From NCBI GenBank assembly GCA_963792965.1, contig CAWBYW010000009.1, positions 1 to 64,000 of the forward strand: a stretch of DNA of 64,000 nt, given 5' to 3'. The stretch is from an uncultured delta proteobacterium (GTDB taxonomy: Bacteria > Desulfobacterota > Zymogenia > Zymogenales > Zymogenaceae). Position numbers and translations under genes: made by a program. The first letter of the stretch is position 1, and every line of letters starts with the position of its first letter. The notes under the pieces are model-generated. The model made no database searches, was not told the DNA's origin, and saw nothing but the letters and a program-made list of their open reading frames with translations. This document shows positions 12,294 through 24,415 of this stretch, piece by piece.

Positions 12294-13223
12294 ATGACCG
12301 CGGCCCGCAACACGTCTCGTGGCATCAATCGGGCGGCCGCCGGCCCGCCGCTTTCGATCCCCCCCGGTTTCGCGAAACGGGCGGTCCCGGGCGGGACCCT
12401 CATCGTCAACGCCCGGCATGAGGCCCCCCTCATCTCCTCGGGCATCCTGACGCGGGACATCACCGCTCTCAGGTCGTCCGACGCCCGGTCGCTCTCGGGT
12501 GGGAGGGGATCGGCATTTATCGTGGTCGTCCCAGGGATAGGAGACGTGGTGATTCGCCGCTACTTGCGGGGGGGGCTGATCGGGAAGCTGTGCCTTGACT
12601 CCTATCTGTTCCCCACCAGGCCCACTCGAGAGCTCGCGGTCCTGGCCTACGCCCGGTCTCGCGATGTTCCTGTCCCCGAGGTCTTGGGGGCCTCCGTCAT
12701 GTCCGCCGGGCTCCTCGGATACCGCGGCCGGATCGCAACCCGAATGATCCCGGATTCAAGGACTCTTCCTGTCTTCATCGTGGAGAAAGGGGAAGACGGC
12801 CGACGCATTACGGGCGTCTTGAGAAAGTCAGGTGCAGCGATCAGGCGGATGCACGAGGCCGGAATTGCACACGCCGACCTCAACATGAACAACATCCTCA
12901 TAGCCTCAGACGGCGCGCCATTCATTATTGACTTTGACAAGGCGACCGTGCATCGCGAACTCGGTACACGAAACCGGCTACGAAACCTCAGACGGCTCTT
13001 GCGCTCGGCCCGGAAACTGGCGGGACTGGGCCTTGGCTTCTCGGACGCTGATTACGAGACGATCCTCGAGGGCTACTGCGGGGGGGATAGGCAATCCCTT
13101 GAGAGGCTGAAAAGATCGACGGTCGGCTCGCGCCTGGCCTGCACTGCGCGGGCGCTTCTCCAGGTTCCTCCATCGATTTTAAGAGTTAAGGTGACACCAT
13201 ACTTAATTACAACTTTCTATTGA
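12294..13223 (+). CDS. Kdo kinase/LPS kinase (KdkA/WaaP family)
   Basis: VIRRYLRGGL, HADLNMNNIL, IIDFDK and NLRRLLRS motifs. Confidence 0.8.
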   Translation: MTAARNTSRGINRAAAGPPLSIPPGFAKRAVPGGTLIVNARHEAPLISSGILTRDITALRSSDARSLSGGRGSAFIVVVPGIGDVVIRRYLRGGLIGKLCLDSYLFPTRPTRELAVLAYARSRDVPVPEVLGASVMSAGLLGYRGRIATRMIPDSRTLPVFIVEKGEDGRRITGVLRKSGAAIRRMHEAGIAHADLNMNNILIASDGAPFIIDFDKATVHRELGTRNRLRNLRRLLRSARKLAGLGLGFSDADYETILEGYCGGDRQSLERLKRSTVGSRLACTARALLQVPPSILRVKVTPYLITTFY

Positions 13224-13262
13224 ATTAGCGGAAAGATTCGCTAATTAAGTATGGTGTCACCT
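13189..13262. repeat. REPIN/MITE-like palindromic element, copy 1
   Basis: Perfect 21-bp inverted repeat AGGTGACACCATACTTAATTA / TAATTAAGTATGGTGTCACCT; shares 25 bp with 43925-43949. Confidence 0.85.
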
Positions 13263-13270
13263 GTTGGGCC

Positions 13271-13870
13271 TTATTCCTTCGGGAAAAGCGAATCGACAGT
13301 CCTGTCCACCTCCAAGAGCCATCCCTCTCTCATCTCCGGAGTGCTGGTGACGACGACCGAAAAGGTCATCCGGTAGTGGCGGGTTATCCCACAGAACTCG
13401 AAAATGGACGTCTTCCAGAACGCCTCGAGGGGATCGCCGAAGACGGTCTGCTCCCTCTCGGGAGAGGTATTGGAGGTGTTGAACACGAGCGCCTTCTTGC
13501 CCTCGAGCAACCCCAGAGGGACGCCCTCGCCCGAATCGCCCTCACGAAACCGATACGCGACCCCCGGCCGGAAGACCCGATCGATCCACCCCGTCAGGAT
13601 CGCGGGGGGCATTCCCCACCAGTTGGGGTGGACGATGACGAGGCCGTGGGCTACGGTGAGCTCCCTGCAATAGGCTTCGACGGTGCCGTCGACCTCGGCC
13701 CCTTCGGGGATCTCGGAGGCGGGAAGGATCGGGTTAAACCCCTCCCGATAGAGGTCGTGAAAGAGGGGCCGGTGGCCGTTTTCGATGAGTCTGTCGACGC
13801 ACCGCCGGGCGATGGCGAAATTGAGACTCCCCGTGTCGGGATGGGCCAGGATCACCAGAATATCCTTCAT
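13271..13870 (-). CDS. NAD(P)H-dependent oxidoreductase, flavodoxin-like (MdaB/KefF family)
   Basis: ILAHPDTGSLN, DLYREGFNP and HPNWWGMPPAILTGWIDRV. Confidence 0.9.
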   Translation of the reverse strand: MKDILVILAHPDTGSLNFAIARRCVDRLIENGHRPLFHDLYREGFNPILPASEIPEGAEVDGTVEAYCRELTVAHGLVIVHPNWWGMPPAILTGWIDRVFRPGVAYRFREGDSGEGVPLGLLEGKKALVFNTSNTSPEREQTVFGDPLEAFWKTSIFEFCGITRHYRMTFSVVVTSTPEMREGWLLEVDRTVDSLFPKE

Positions 13871-13906
13871 ACTGGGTCGCTCCTTGCGAGACTCGACAGG
13901 TCTCCC

Positions 13907-14619
13907 CTATCGCCTCACCGACGTGTATATCGCCGTCGGCGGGAGGTCCTCCCGCAGGTTTTCGTCGGCGATCAGCTCGACCTCGGCGTTGCCGAAGGCT
14001 CCTTAAGGTTCTCCATCAACAGATCGTCGTGTCGATTTGACCAGACACCGAGGACCCCGCCCCTCTTGAGGGAGCGTCTGATCCGCCTGAGCCCCCGCAC
14101 GGTGTAAAGTCCGGCGTTGCCCTCGAAAATCAGAAACGACGGGCCGTTGTCGACGTCCATGAGGACGGCGTCGAAAACCCCCCACCTTCTCCCCATCACG
14201 TCCATCACGTCTCCACAGCGGACCGCCACCTTACCGTCGAGGACCGCGCCGTCGTTGAATTTCCTGAGATGGGTGCGGTTCCAGCGGATGATCGCTTCCT
14301 CGATCTCGGCCACAATGACGTGCTCGACCCGGGGGTCGGTCAGCGTCTCCATGAGCGTCAGCCCAAGCCCCAACCCCCCGACAAAGACGACGATCCCCTC
14401 CGTCTTCTCGATACGCGAGAGCACCGCCCGTGAGAGCCTCCGCTCCGTCGGCCCGTCGGACGCCGCCATGACGAAATGGCCCCCGATGGTGATCTCGTAG
14501 CGCATCCCCGCGGGCGTTGAGCGCTCAAAAAGCATGAGTGTCCCGCTCTTGCCCTCGAGGCTTTCCACCACGCGCGGCCGCACGCCCCTTTCGTTTCTTA
14601 CTTTTGCTCGATCAGTCAC
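13907..14619 (-). CDS. Spermidine synthase-like SAM-dependent transferase, frameshift near the 3' end
   Basis: VGGLGLGLT, VAEIE, DAVLMDVDNGP and GGVLGVWS. Confidence 0.8.
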
Positions 14620-14848
14620 GACAGCTAAATTATACTGTATACAAAATAGATATCACGTATGGATAACCTGTTGATAATTGGCGCGCCCACGCGTGAAACT
14701 CATCGAAAAGACAGGTCATTTCAGGGCCTGCCTATTATTTAAGCAGCTCAATAGAGCAATAATATCAACATGATACGCCCTTCCTGCAAATGATTCTTAA
14801 GGAAAATCTTAAACTTATTACCCTGCCGAAGGACCGGCCACACACGGC

Positions 14849-15852
14849 TCAGGTGCCTTTGACGACCGCGTGCGCCGCATTCCACTACCTCACCGGCCGT
14901 GATCGACTCCATGCACCGTCGATCCGTCGGGCAGCTCCTCTCCAGGCAGCCCGAACACTCGATCTCGTGCCGGACGATCGCCGCCTTCCCCATCGGACCG
15001 GTCGTGGCGGGATTGGTGGGACCGAATACAGCCACGATCGGGACACCGAGCGCCGCCGCAATGTGCATCGGCCCGGAATCGTTGGTGATAAAGAGCCGGC
15101 AGCGCGAGATCAACGCGATCAAGTGTCCGATCGATGTCTTGCCGGCGGCCCTGATCGGTTTTGTCTTCATCGCACCGGCCACCGCTTCTTCCGTTTCCCG
15201 ATCCTGCGCCCCGCCGAAAATAACCGCCGTGCCTTTCAGCTCCCGGGCCAGACGATCGGCGACTGCCGCGAACCGCTCGGGGTGCCACCGCTTCGCGTCG
15301 CCGTAGGCGGCACCGGGGTTGATCCCCACAAGCGGGCCGCCTCCGTATCCCGACTCTTTCAGGAAGGCGTCCGCCCACGACGCTTCCTCTTTGCCCACGA
15401 AAAGCCGGGGGACGACGAGCGGACCTGGCTCGCCAAGCGCGGCCACAAGGTGCCGGTAATAGTCGCTCTGGTGGACGGCCGTAATCTCCTGGCTCCGCTT
15501 TATCGGCATGGTCAAGAGCATCGACCTGCCGTCGGCCGCATATCCGAGGCGCCGGCGCGCCCCGCCGAGAAATATCAGGAGGGCCGAGTGAAGGCGAGCG
15601 CGGGAAGATGACACCGAGGTCGTACCGGTTTTTCATCATCGCGCGCACCAGATCGATCTCTCCCGCCAGTCCTTCCTCGTACTGCAGGACCGTATCGATA
15701 GCCGAAAGCCCCCGGACGAGGTCGCCGAGGGGCTTTTTGAGGGCGATGTCGATCACGGCATCGGGATAGATATGGCGCAGCGAAAAGACCGCGGGCAGCG
15801 AGAGGAAGACGTCACCGATCCAGTTGGTTCCCTTGACGATGATCTTCTTCAT
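14849..15852 (-). CDS. waaF: LPS heptosyltransferase II (GT9), frameshifted
   Basis: TNWIGDV, GINPGAAYGDAKRW and ITNDSGPMHIAAALGVP-VAVFGPT. Confidence 0.88.
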
Positions 15853-15862
15853 GCCGTCGGTC

Positions 15863-16033
15863 TCAATCCAGCTTCTTTGCCTCATCGATGAGCATGATGG
15901 GGATATCATCCTTGATCTCATAGACGAGACGGCACTTCTTACACACCAATCCGTCGCCCGCTTTGGTCAGCTCTACGTCCCCCTTGCACTGGGGACAGGC
16001 GAGGATCTTAAGCAGCTCCTTATCGATCGCCAT
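15863..16033 (-). CDS. Trm112-like protein (YcaR/UPF0434)
   Basis: LLKILACPQCKG...LVCKKCRLVYEIKDDIPIMLIDEA. Confidence 0.92.
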   Translation of the reverse strand: MAIDKELLKILACPQCKGDVELTKAGDGLVCKKCRLVYEIKDDIPIMLIDEAKKLD

Positions 16034-16049
16034 GTAGGTGCCTCCTTTC

Positions 16050-16628
16050 TTACGTTCCACTTAGGATATAGTCAACCGCGGCCCCGATGTCCGCGGCGAC
16101 GTGGTCCGGGATCGTCCCTTCCTGCGTTAGTTTCTCCAGTTCCTCGGCGCCGTGGCCTGTGAGAACGAAGATCGACGTGGCCCCGACGTTCCTGCCCAGC
16201 ACGATGTCACCCCGGTGGTCGCCCACCACAAAGGATTTCTTGACGTCTATGCCGAAACGCCGCGCAGCCCGCTCCACCATCCCCGGGCTCGGTTTTCGAC
16301 AGTCGCATTCCCGGCGATAGTCACCCTCACCGAACTCGGGGTGATGCGGACAATAGTAGACCGCATCCAGGCGCGCCCCGTGGAGCCGTAGCTCTGTGAC
16401 CATCCGCTCATTTACCCTGCCGACATCCTCCTCGGTAAAATAGCCCCTGGCCACACCCGATTGGTTTGAGACGACGACAACCACGAAGCCGGCGTCATTG
16501 AGCCTCTTGATGGCCTCGGCGCTCCCCGCTATGAGGACGAAGTCCTCCGGCCGGGAGAGGTAGCCCACCTCGACGTTGATCGTTCCGTCCCGATCCAGGA
16601 AGACCGCACGCTTTTCCGATTGTCTCAC
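16050..16628 (-). CDS. gmhB: D-glycero-D-manno-heptose 1,7-bisphosphate phosphatase
   Basis: FLDRDGTIN, SNQSGVARG, YCPHHP and CDCRKP. Confidence 0.93.
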   Translation of the reverse strand: MRQSEKRAVFLDRDGTINVEVGYLSRPEDFVLIAGSAEAIKRLNDAGFVVVVVSNQSGVARGYFTEEDVGRVNERMVTELRLHGARLDAVYYCPHHPEFGEGDYRRECDCRKPSPGMVERAARRFGIDVKKSFVVGDHRGDIVLGRNVGATSIFVLTGHGAEELEKLTQEGTIPDHVAADIGAAVDYILSGT

Positions 16629-17710
16629 GTCGACTCCTTGTGAAGCTTCGCGCGGATCGAGTTGACCAGCGTATCATCGCCTCGGACCGTAAGTCCCATC
16701 ACCAGAGCGGCGATACTGCGGGCGAACGAAGTGTTCCCCGGGAGGCGCACAAGGTCCTTTTCGGTGGTGATAACAAGTTGTGACTGCACCGCCGCCGCCC
16801 GGCCCTCCAACCGCGCCAGATCCTCACCGCTATAGCGGTGGTGGTCGGGAAACGTTACACGTTCCGCGACGATCGCCCCAAGGCGATCGAGGGTCTCAAA
16901 GAAGCGCCCGGGCCGCCCGATACCTGCAAACGCCAAGACCCTCTTCTTCGTCAGGGTCTCCAGCCCAACCTCTTTCCCCGAGCCTGTCTTCAGACCACAC
17001 GGATTGACGGCCGCTCTCACCACCGGGGCGTCGGGAGCGTATGTATGGACCTCCGGTGGGATTTCGCCCGTGCCCACGAGCCATATAACGTCCGCGCGCC
17101 CGATAGCGGACGGCGGTTCCCTCAGCGGGCCCGCCGGGAGGACCATACCGTTTCCGAAGGGACACGCCGCGTCCATCACCAGGATGTTAATATCCCGCCT
17201 GAGGGCCAAGTGCTGAAACCCGTCGTCCATGATGACGACCTCGGCCCCGAAGAGCCTGCACGCCGCCAGCCCCGCACGCGCGCGCCGAGGGGAAACCACG
17301 ACCGGGACCCCGGGGAGCTTTTCGGCCGTCATGAGCGCCTCGTCCGGACCCCGCCCCGGGGCGAGATAGACTCCGTCCGGCCCGGACACCACTAAGAATT
17401 CACCGCTGACGGGAAAGCCGTAACCTCTTGATATTATTGCTGTCTTGATACCCACATCGACGAGCCGTTGCGCGATATGGATTACCGCCGGCGTCTTGCC
17501 CGAGCCCCCGGTGGTAATGTTTCCGACACAGACGACCACTGCCCTGATCTTCTCGGACCGAAATATCCCCGCCCGGTAGAGAAACGCGCGAAGCCTCATC
17601 CCCGCCCCAAAGATAAGCGACATCAGGTAGAGCGGGAAGAGTCCCACCATGACCCACGTTCTCGCGGCCCGGTCGTAGTGGAGGGCGGTGATCGACTCAG
17701 ACAGCCCCAT
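16625..17710 (-). CDS. lpxK: Tetraacyldisaccharide 4'-kinase
   Basis: VGNITTGGSGKTP, SRGYG, DDGFQH, LPAGPLRE, FPDHH and TTEKD. Confidence 0.95.
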   Translation of the reverse strand: MGLSESITALHYDRAARTWVMVGLFPLYLMSLIFGAGMRLRAFLYRAGIFRSEKIRAVVVCVGNITTGGSGKTPAVIHIAQRLVDVGIKTAIISRGYGFPVSGEFLVVSGPDGVYLAPGRGPDEALMTAEKLPGVPVVVSPRRARAGLAACRLFGAEVVIMDDGFQHLALRRDINILVMDAACPFGNGMVLPAGPLREPPSAIGRADVIWLVGTGEIPPEVHTYAPDAPVVRAAVNPCGLKTGSGKEVGLETLTKKRVLAFAGIGRPGRFFETLDRLGAIVAERVTFPDHHRYSGEDLARLEGRAAAVQSQLVITTEKDLVRLPGNTSFARSIAALVMGLTVRGDDTLVNSIRAKLHKEST

Positions 17711-19580
17711 GTCCCCCTCTCCGGCCTCCCGCGACAAGGGGCAGGAGTGCCGCCACGGTCCGCTCCATCGCCCCCCGGCCCGAATTAGCCAGGCTCAACG
17801 CGCTCCTCCCCGCTTCGTGGGCGAATGTTGGATCGGCCAGGAGCCTTTCGGCGACACGAACGATCTGTTCCGGGTCCTTTGCGATAAAGCCTCCCCCGCC
17901 CTCTACAAGCTCCCGGGAGATATCGGGGAAATTATCCATATGGGGGCCGAAGACGACCGGCTTACCGAGGACCGCGGCCTCGAGTATGTTGTGCCCCCCC
18001 ACCCCGGCGACGAGGCTCCCGCCGATCAGGACGACGTCGCCGAGCGCATATATTCCCGCGAGCTCCCCGATCGTGTCCAGCAGAAGGACATCGAAGTCGC
18101 CGTGCGCGCCCCCGTCCCCAATCCGGCTTCGTCTCAGATAGCGGGCCCCGGCGGATTTGAGCGCCTCCTGGACCTCGTCGATCCTCGTCAGATGACGCGG
18201 CGCAAGGACAAGAAGGAGGTCGGGGAATTCTTTCTTGAGCGCGGCAAAGGAGTCAAGAACGATCTCCTCTTCTCCCCCGTGGGTGCTCCCCGCGATCATG
18301 ATCCTCCGCTTATTCCCCGATAGAAATCTCTCGATATCCTTGGCAACTCCCTTCGTCGTCTTACCGATGTCGTATTTGATATTTCCCGACACCAGCACTT
18401 TTCCGGGATCGCACCCGAGGTCGACGTACCGCTTTCTATATCCGTCCGACTGGGCGATGACCAGCGAGAAGCGGCGCAGCACCCCAGCGATGAAACCTCT
18501 TACCAGTGAGAATCTCTTTTCGGTCCTGGCCGACATCCTGCCGTTGACGAGGATAACCGGGATGTCGCGTTCGCGCGCCTCCCTGACGAAGTGGGGCCAG
18601 ATCTCCGCCTCGATAAAGATCACGCATCGGGGACGAATTCTCTCGAGGACCCTTTTGACCGTCCACGGGAAGTCGAAGGGGAAATAGAAGATCTCGGTCC
18701 CTTTCAAACGCTCCTGCGCCAGTTTCCTGCCGGCCGTCGTATTGACCGATAACACCGCGGCAAGGCTCGGCACTCGCCTTCGTATCTCGGCCAGAAGCGA
18801 GACGGCCATCACGACCTCCCCCACCGAAGCGGCGTGGATCCACAGCGGCCTGCCCGATACGGATTCGATCTTCCCGAACCGCTCGTGGAACTCTTTTCTC
18901 CCCTCGCTTTTCCGTACGATCGACCATCCCCAGACCAGGAGGATGATGGGAAACATGAGGACTATCACCGCGGTATAGAGGAGAAACCACCCCTCGTCCC
19001 CGACGATCCGGCCGCTCCGTTTTGCCCGTGCCCACGACGCCTCCCCAAGGTCGCCGAGCCGGGCGATCATAATCCCGCACAAGACGCCGATCACGATCCC
19101 GCCGATCACGTCCAGCGGCCAGTGGACCCCCACGTAGACCCGCGAGACGGAGACGATCAATCCGATCGGGATCATGACGACGGCGCTTGCCGGGAGATAT
19201 CTGATCATCACCGTCGTTGCCGAGAAGATATTGGCCGCATGCGCCGACGGAAACGAATAAGTGGAGGTACACCCCTTGAGGAGGTGGACCCCCGCCAGCA
19301 CGTGGCAGGGCCGAATGCGCACGATGAGCTTCTTGAGGATCTGGGAGCTGATGAGGTCCGACAGGCCCACCGCCAGACCCATGAGCAGGATCACCCAGAG
19401 TGCCTTCCCCTTCCCCTTCCAGAGGGCGTAGACGGCGATAATGGAGATCATGAGGATCTTGGAGAGGTCCATCGTCGTCATGAACGTCATGAAACCGTCA
19501 AGAAACGACGTGCTCATGCCGTGGTTGATCAGGTAGAAAACCTTGATGTCAAAGTCGGAGAGGTATCTCACCAGCCCCAT
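17697..19580 (-). CDS. waaA: Apparent fusion of an N-terminal PAP2 phosphatase and 3-deoxy-D-manno-octulosonate transferase
   Basis: PAP2: KKLIVRIRP, SFPSAHA, SRVYVGVHWPLDV. KdtA: WIHAASVGEV, EAEIWP, AGSTHGGEE, APRH, GGHNILE. One open frame. Confidence 0.85.
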   Translation of the reverse strand: MGLVRYLSDFDIKVFYLINHGMSTSFLDGFMTFMTTMDLSKILMISIIAVYALWKGKGKALWVILLMGLAVGLSDLISSQILKKLIVRIRPCHVLAGVHLLKGCTSTYSFPSAHAANIFSATTVMIRYLPASAVVMIPIGLIVSVSRVYVGVHWPLDVIGGIVIGVLCGIMIARLGDLGEASWARAKRSGRIVGDEGWFLLYTAVIVLMFPIILLVWGWSIVRKSEGRKEFHERFGKIESVSGRPLWIHAASVGEVVMAVSLLAEIRRRVPSLAAVLSVNTTAGRKLAQERLKGTEIFYFPFDFPWTVKRVLERIRPRCVIFIEAEIWPHFVREARERDIPVILVNGRMSARTEKRFSLVRGFIAGVLRRFSLVIAQSDGYRKRYVDLGCDPGKVLVSGNIKYDIGKTTKGVAKDIERFLSGNKRRIMIAGSTHGGEEEIVLDSFAALKKEFPDLLLVLAPRHLTRIDEVQEALKSAGARYLRRSRIGDGGAHGDFDVLLLDTIGELAGIYALGDVVLIGGSLVAGVGGHNILEAAVLGKPVVFGPHMDNFPDISRELVEGGGGFIAKDPEQIVRVAERLLADPTFAHEAGRSALSLANSGRGAMERTVAALLPLVAGGRRGGHGAV

Positions 19581-19620
19581 GATTTAATCCAATCCTAAAT
19601 AACATTACAATAACAAGACA

Positions 19621-20469
19621 TCAGGAGTTCCCGGCATCGCGCGCGGGGTGGCCGACCAACTCGATTCCGCCCGCTGCAATCGACTCTTTCACCTCAGGCG
19701 AGATCAGTGCTTCAAGCTCACGCTCCCAATTCATCTCCCACCCGTATCGGGACACGACCTCGGCCACATCCGCTCCGGGATGCACCATCAGCTCCGTTGT
19801 CCCGCTGCCCAGTCGTTCGATGATCGCCAGCAGGTCTTTCTTCGTGAGGCGGCCGGAGTACTCGAAGCCCGTGAAGTGATCCGAGCTCTCCATCGACCCT
19901 CTCTTGAACTTCCCCTGCAGACGGCCGGAGAGGATTTCCACGGCCGGCCTCACGACGCCTCCCCCCCCGCGGGGAAGACGGATGTACCGAATGCCGTAGC
20001 GCTCAGCCTCTTTGATGACGACGTCGGCCACCTTCGGCAAAAGGTGCACGTGCTGGTGAGAATCCAGGTGTGTAAGTATAACTCCCGCCGACAGCGCCCG
20101 CTCGATCTGCGCCGAGACCTCCCGCCGCACCTCGTCCCTCTTGATCGAGAGATAGCGAGCCACGAAGTCAAAATAGGATCGGGGAAACCTCCCCCTTCCG
20201 TCAAGGAGGGTGGGCACCGCTTTAGGGTCACAGACCGGCCCGTCCCCTCCCACGAGCGTCACGTGTATTCCCACTGAGAGGCCCCGGTTGTCTCCGATTC
20301 GCCGCACCGCATCGTCAAACCCCGGGGCGTTGACGATAAGCGAGGCCGACCTCACGATCCCCTCGCGAAAGGCCCTGATAATCCCCCGGTTGATGCCGGG
20401 CGACAGTCCCAGGTCGTCCGCATTGACGAGGAGTCTCTTAGTCGGCGAGGTATTTTTCCTTGTTTTCAT
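19621..20469 (-). CDS. YdjC/ChbG/HpnK-family deacetylase (NaxD/LgmC-like)
   Basis: VNADDLG, GIHVTL, THLDSHQHVH and ELMVHPG. Confidence 0.9.
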   Translation of the reverse strand: MKTRKNTSPTKRLLVNADDLGLSPGINRGIIRAFREGIVRSASLIVNAPGFDDAVRRIGDNRGLSVGIHVTLVGGDGPVCDPKAVPTLLDGRGRFPRSYFDFVARYLSIKRDEVRREVSAQIERALSAGVILTHLDSHQHVHLLPKVADVVIKEAERYGIRYIRLPRGGGGVVRPAVEILSGRLQGKFKRGSMESSDHFTGFEYSGRLTKKDLLAIIERLGSGTTELMVHPGADVAEVVSRYGWEMNWERELEALISPEVKESIAAGGIELVGHPARDAGNS

Positions 20470-21193
20470 CCAGGGGTTTGAGGGCTTTCAGCTGGGGCAT
20501 TAGGCCGAACATGTCTCTGGTCATCTTGATGATCACCGGGAAGCTTGAGAGCCGCGATATGCCGCGCGTGCGCGGGAAATAGTCAACCCCGATCTGGAAG
20601 ATCCGGTAGCCGAGGTTATTCGCCCGGATGAGGAGCTCGGCGTCGATGAAGGAGCTTTCCGATTTCAGCTGAACGTGCTTGAATATTTCCCGGCGGCAGA
20701 GCTTGAACGAGAAGTTTATGTCCCGAACCCTGATGCCGTAAAGGATGCGCACCAGCGTGTTCCAGACGTAGGAATAGACCGTTCTCCGATAGCCTTCGCT
20801 CGTCCGGTCGAACCGATACGCCGAGACGATATCACAGTGCTGGATGACACGGACCGCTTTCTTCAGCTCCATCATGTCAAAGGGGAAGTCGGCATCGGAA
20901 TAGAGCACGAGGTCTTTTGTGGCGGCCCCGAATCCGCTCTTCAGCCCGCCTCCGAGCTGACGGTTGGTCTCGTGGTGGATGACCCGGATGTGGGGGTCCG
21001 CCTGGGCCAGCCGATCTGCTATCTGACCCGTCCCGTCGGTCGAGGCATCATCCACGATGATGATCTCATAGTCATCGGTGATCTCGCGCAGGACCTCCAG
21101 CGTCGTATCCATCGCCTTTTGTATATTATTCTTCTCGTTGTACATCGGGAAGAATACGGTGATGCTGCTCCCCATCAGGTTTCCTTTTTTCAA
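20438..21193 (-). CDS. GT2 glycosyltransferase (polyprenol-phosphate sugar synthase-like)
   Basis: FFPMYNE, IVDDASTDGT, YSDADF and FIDAELL. Confidence 0.88.
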   Translation of the reverse strand: MKKGNLMGSSITVFFPMYNEKNNIQKAMDTTLEVLREITDDYEIIIVDDASTDGTGQIADRLAQADPHIRVIHHETNRQLGGGLKSGFGAATKDLVLYSDADFPFDMMELKKAVRVIQHCDIVSAYRFDRTSEGYRRTVYSYVWNTLVRILYGIRVRDINFSFKLCRREIFKHVQLKSESSFIDAELLIRANNLGYRIFQIGVDYFPRTRGISRLSSFPVIIKMTRDMFGLMPQLKALKPLDENKEKYLAD

Positions 21194-21220
21194 ATCGGAT
21201 TTGCCGCCTCTTCCACGACC

Positions 21221-22990
<1,770 letters not shown>

Positions 22991-23025
22991 GTTCTTTATT
23001 TTATTTCAGCATATCGATTGAACTG

Positions 23026-23766
23026 TCACTGTTTTAGGTGTCCATATTTTATGCGAAACCTGACGATCATCGCCAGGCTGTTAAGGGTGATCCTCACGTT
23101 AAATTTCGGCGAGCCCGCTCGCCGCTCGGAGAAGACAATCGGGATCTCGACCACCGAAAAACCCTTGGCAAGCGCACCGATCAGCATCTCCTGGACGATG
23201 GAGGGACCCACCGATATCATATTGTCCCAATCCAGCGCCTCGATGACTTCCCGCCGGAAGAGCCTGAATCCCGAGGTCGGGTCCTTGACGGTGAGGCCGA
23301 GGACAAGACGAATATAGAGGGCGGCCCCCGCGGTAATCACGCGCCTGACGATCGATCTGCCCCGTTCCGCCCCGCCCCGGGCGCCCCGAGAACCTATGAC
23401 TATATCATATTTACGAATAGCTTTCAAAAAATCTTTTATATACGCCGGGTCATGTGAAAAGTCGGCGTCCATCTCCCCGATATATCGTGCATCGGTCTTG
23501 AGCGCAGACCGAAAACCCACGATCCCGGCGCTTCCCCTGCCCCGCTCATTTTTCCTGACGATCAGGCGAATCCTTCCCCCACGGTCCCCCATCGATCGAA
23601 TGATCGCGGGCGTTCCGTCGGGCGAGTCGTCGTCCACGATCAGCACCCCCACCTCACCCGATTGCGAGAGGACCGCCTCGATGAGGTCCTTGATGTTTTC
23701 GGCCTCGTTAAACGTGGGAATCATCATCAGCGTCGTCGGGGATTTCATCTCCGGTCTCCGTTTCAT
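23026..23766 (-). CDS. Polyprenol monophosphomannose synthase-like GT2
   Basis: IPTFNEAENI, VDDDSPDGT, MDADFSHDP and DPTSGFR. Confidence 0.88.
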   Translation of the reverse strand: MKRRPEMKSPTTLMMIPTFNEAENIKDLIEAVLSQSGEVGVLIVDDDSPDGTPAIIRSMGDRGGRIRLIVRKNERGRGSAGIVGFRSALKTDARYIGEMDADFSHDPAYIKDFLKAIRKYDIVIGSRGARGGAERGRSIVRRVITAGAALYIRLVLGLTVKDPTSGFRLFRREVIEALDWDNMISVGPSIVQEMLIGALAKGFSVVEIPIVFSERRAGSPKFNVRITLNSLAMIVRFRIKYGHLKQ

Positions 23767-24353
23767 CAGGCAAATCCGTAGACTGCGGCGACGCCGCAGA
23801 CGATCAGCGCCACCACGATCCCGAGGACGGCGCCCCCGGCCACATCGAGCGGGAAGTGGATACCGAGGTAGATCCTCGAAAACGACACAATGAACGCATA
23901 GACAAGGGCGAGCGGAACGTACCACCCCGCCCAGAACCACGTCACCACGACGAACGTTCCGAACGCCGTCTGGGCATGGCCCGAGGGAAAAGACTTGCCC
24001 CTGGCCCGCTCGAGGACCGTATGGACGTATACCGTGCCGTTCTTGATGTCTTCCCTGAAGGCCCCGAGCGGCCTTTTGCGCTTGATGATGTTCTTGATGA
24101 TGCTGCCGATAATGCCCCCGAGCGCCAGGGCGGTGCCGATCACAATGAACCGATGGGACAGCCACACCCCTTCGACGAGATAGAGGAGTACCGCAATCAA
24201 GGGCACCACCACCCACGCGTTGCCGAACTGCGTGAGGATTACCATCAGGAAGTCCAGCGGGCGGGAGTGAAACGATCCGTTGAGGTAAAAGAATACCTTC
24301 CGGTCCTTGTCCCTGAGCCGCTGGCGAAATGGTTTCTTCGTATCCGTGTCCAT
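23766..24353 (-). CDS. PAP2-family phosphatase
   Basis: KNIIKRKRP, SFPSGHA and SRIYLGIHFPLDV; SD TAAGGAG. Confidence 0.9.
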   Translation of the reverse strand: MDTDTKKPFRQRLRDKDRKVFFYLNGSFHSRPLDFLMVILTQFGNAWVVVPLIAVLLYLVEGVWLSHRFIVIGTALALGGIIGSIIKNIIKRKRPLGAFREDIKNGTVYVHTVLERARGKSFPSGHAQTAFGTFVVVTWFWAGWYVPLALVYAFIVSFSRIYLGIHFPLDVAGGAVLGIVVALIVCGVAAVYGFA

Positions 24354-24415
24354 CTCCTTATGAGGGGCCTCCCCTTTCAAAGGCCGCCGACTTTTCACGG
24401 CGCTGGCGGCTGCCG

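Noticed and set aside
14658-14677. Two tandem DnaA-box-like 9-mers (TATGGATAA, TGTTGATAA) as an origin
   Set aside because: Each has a mismatch, there are only two, and no dnaA/gidA context or unwinding repeats are present.
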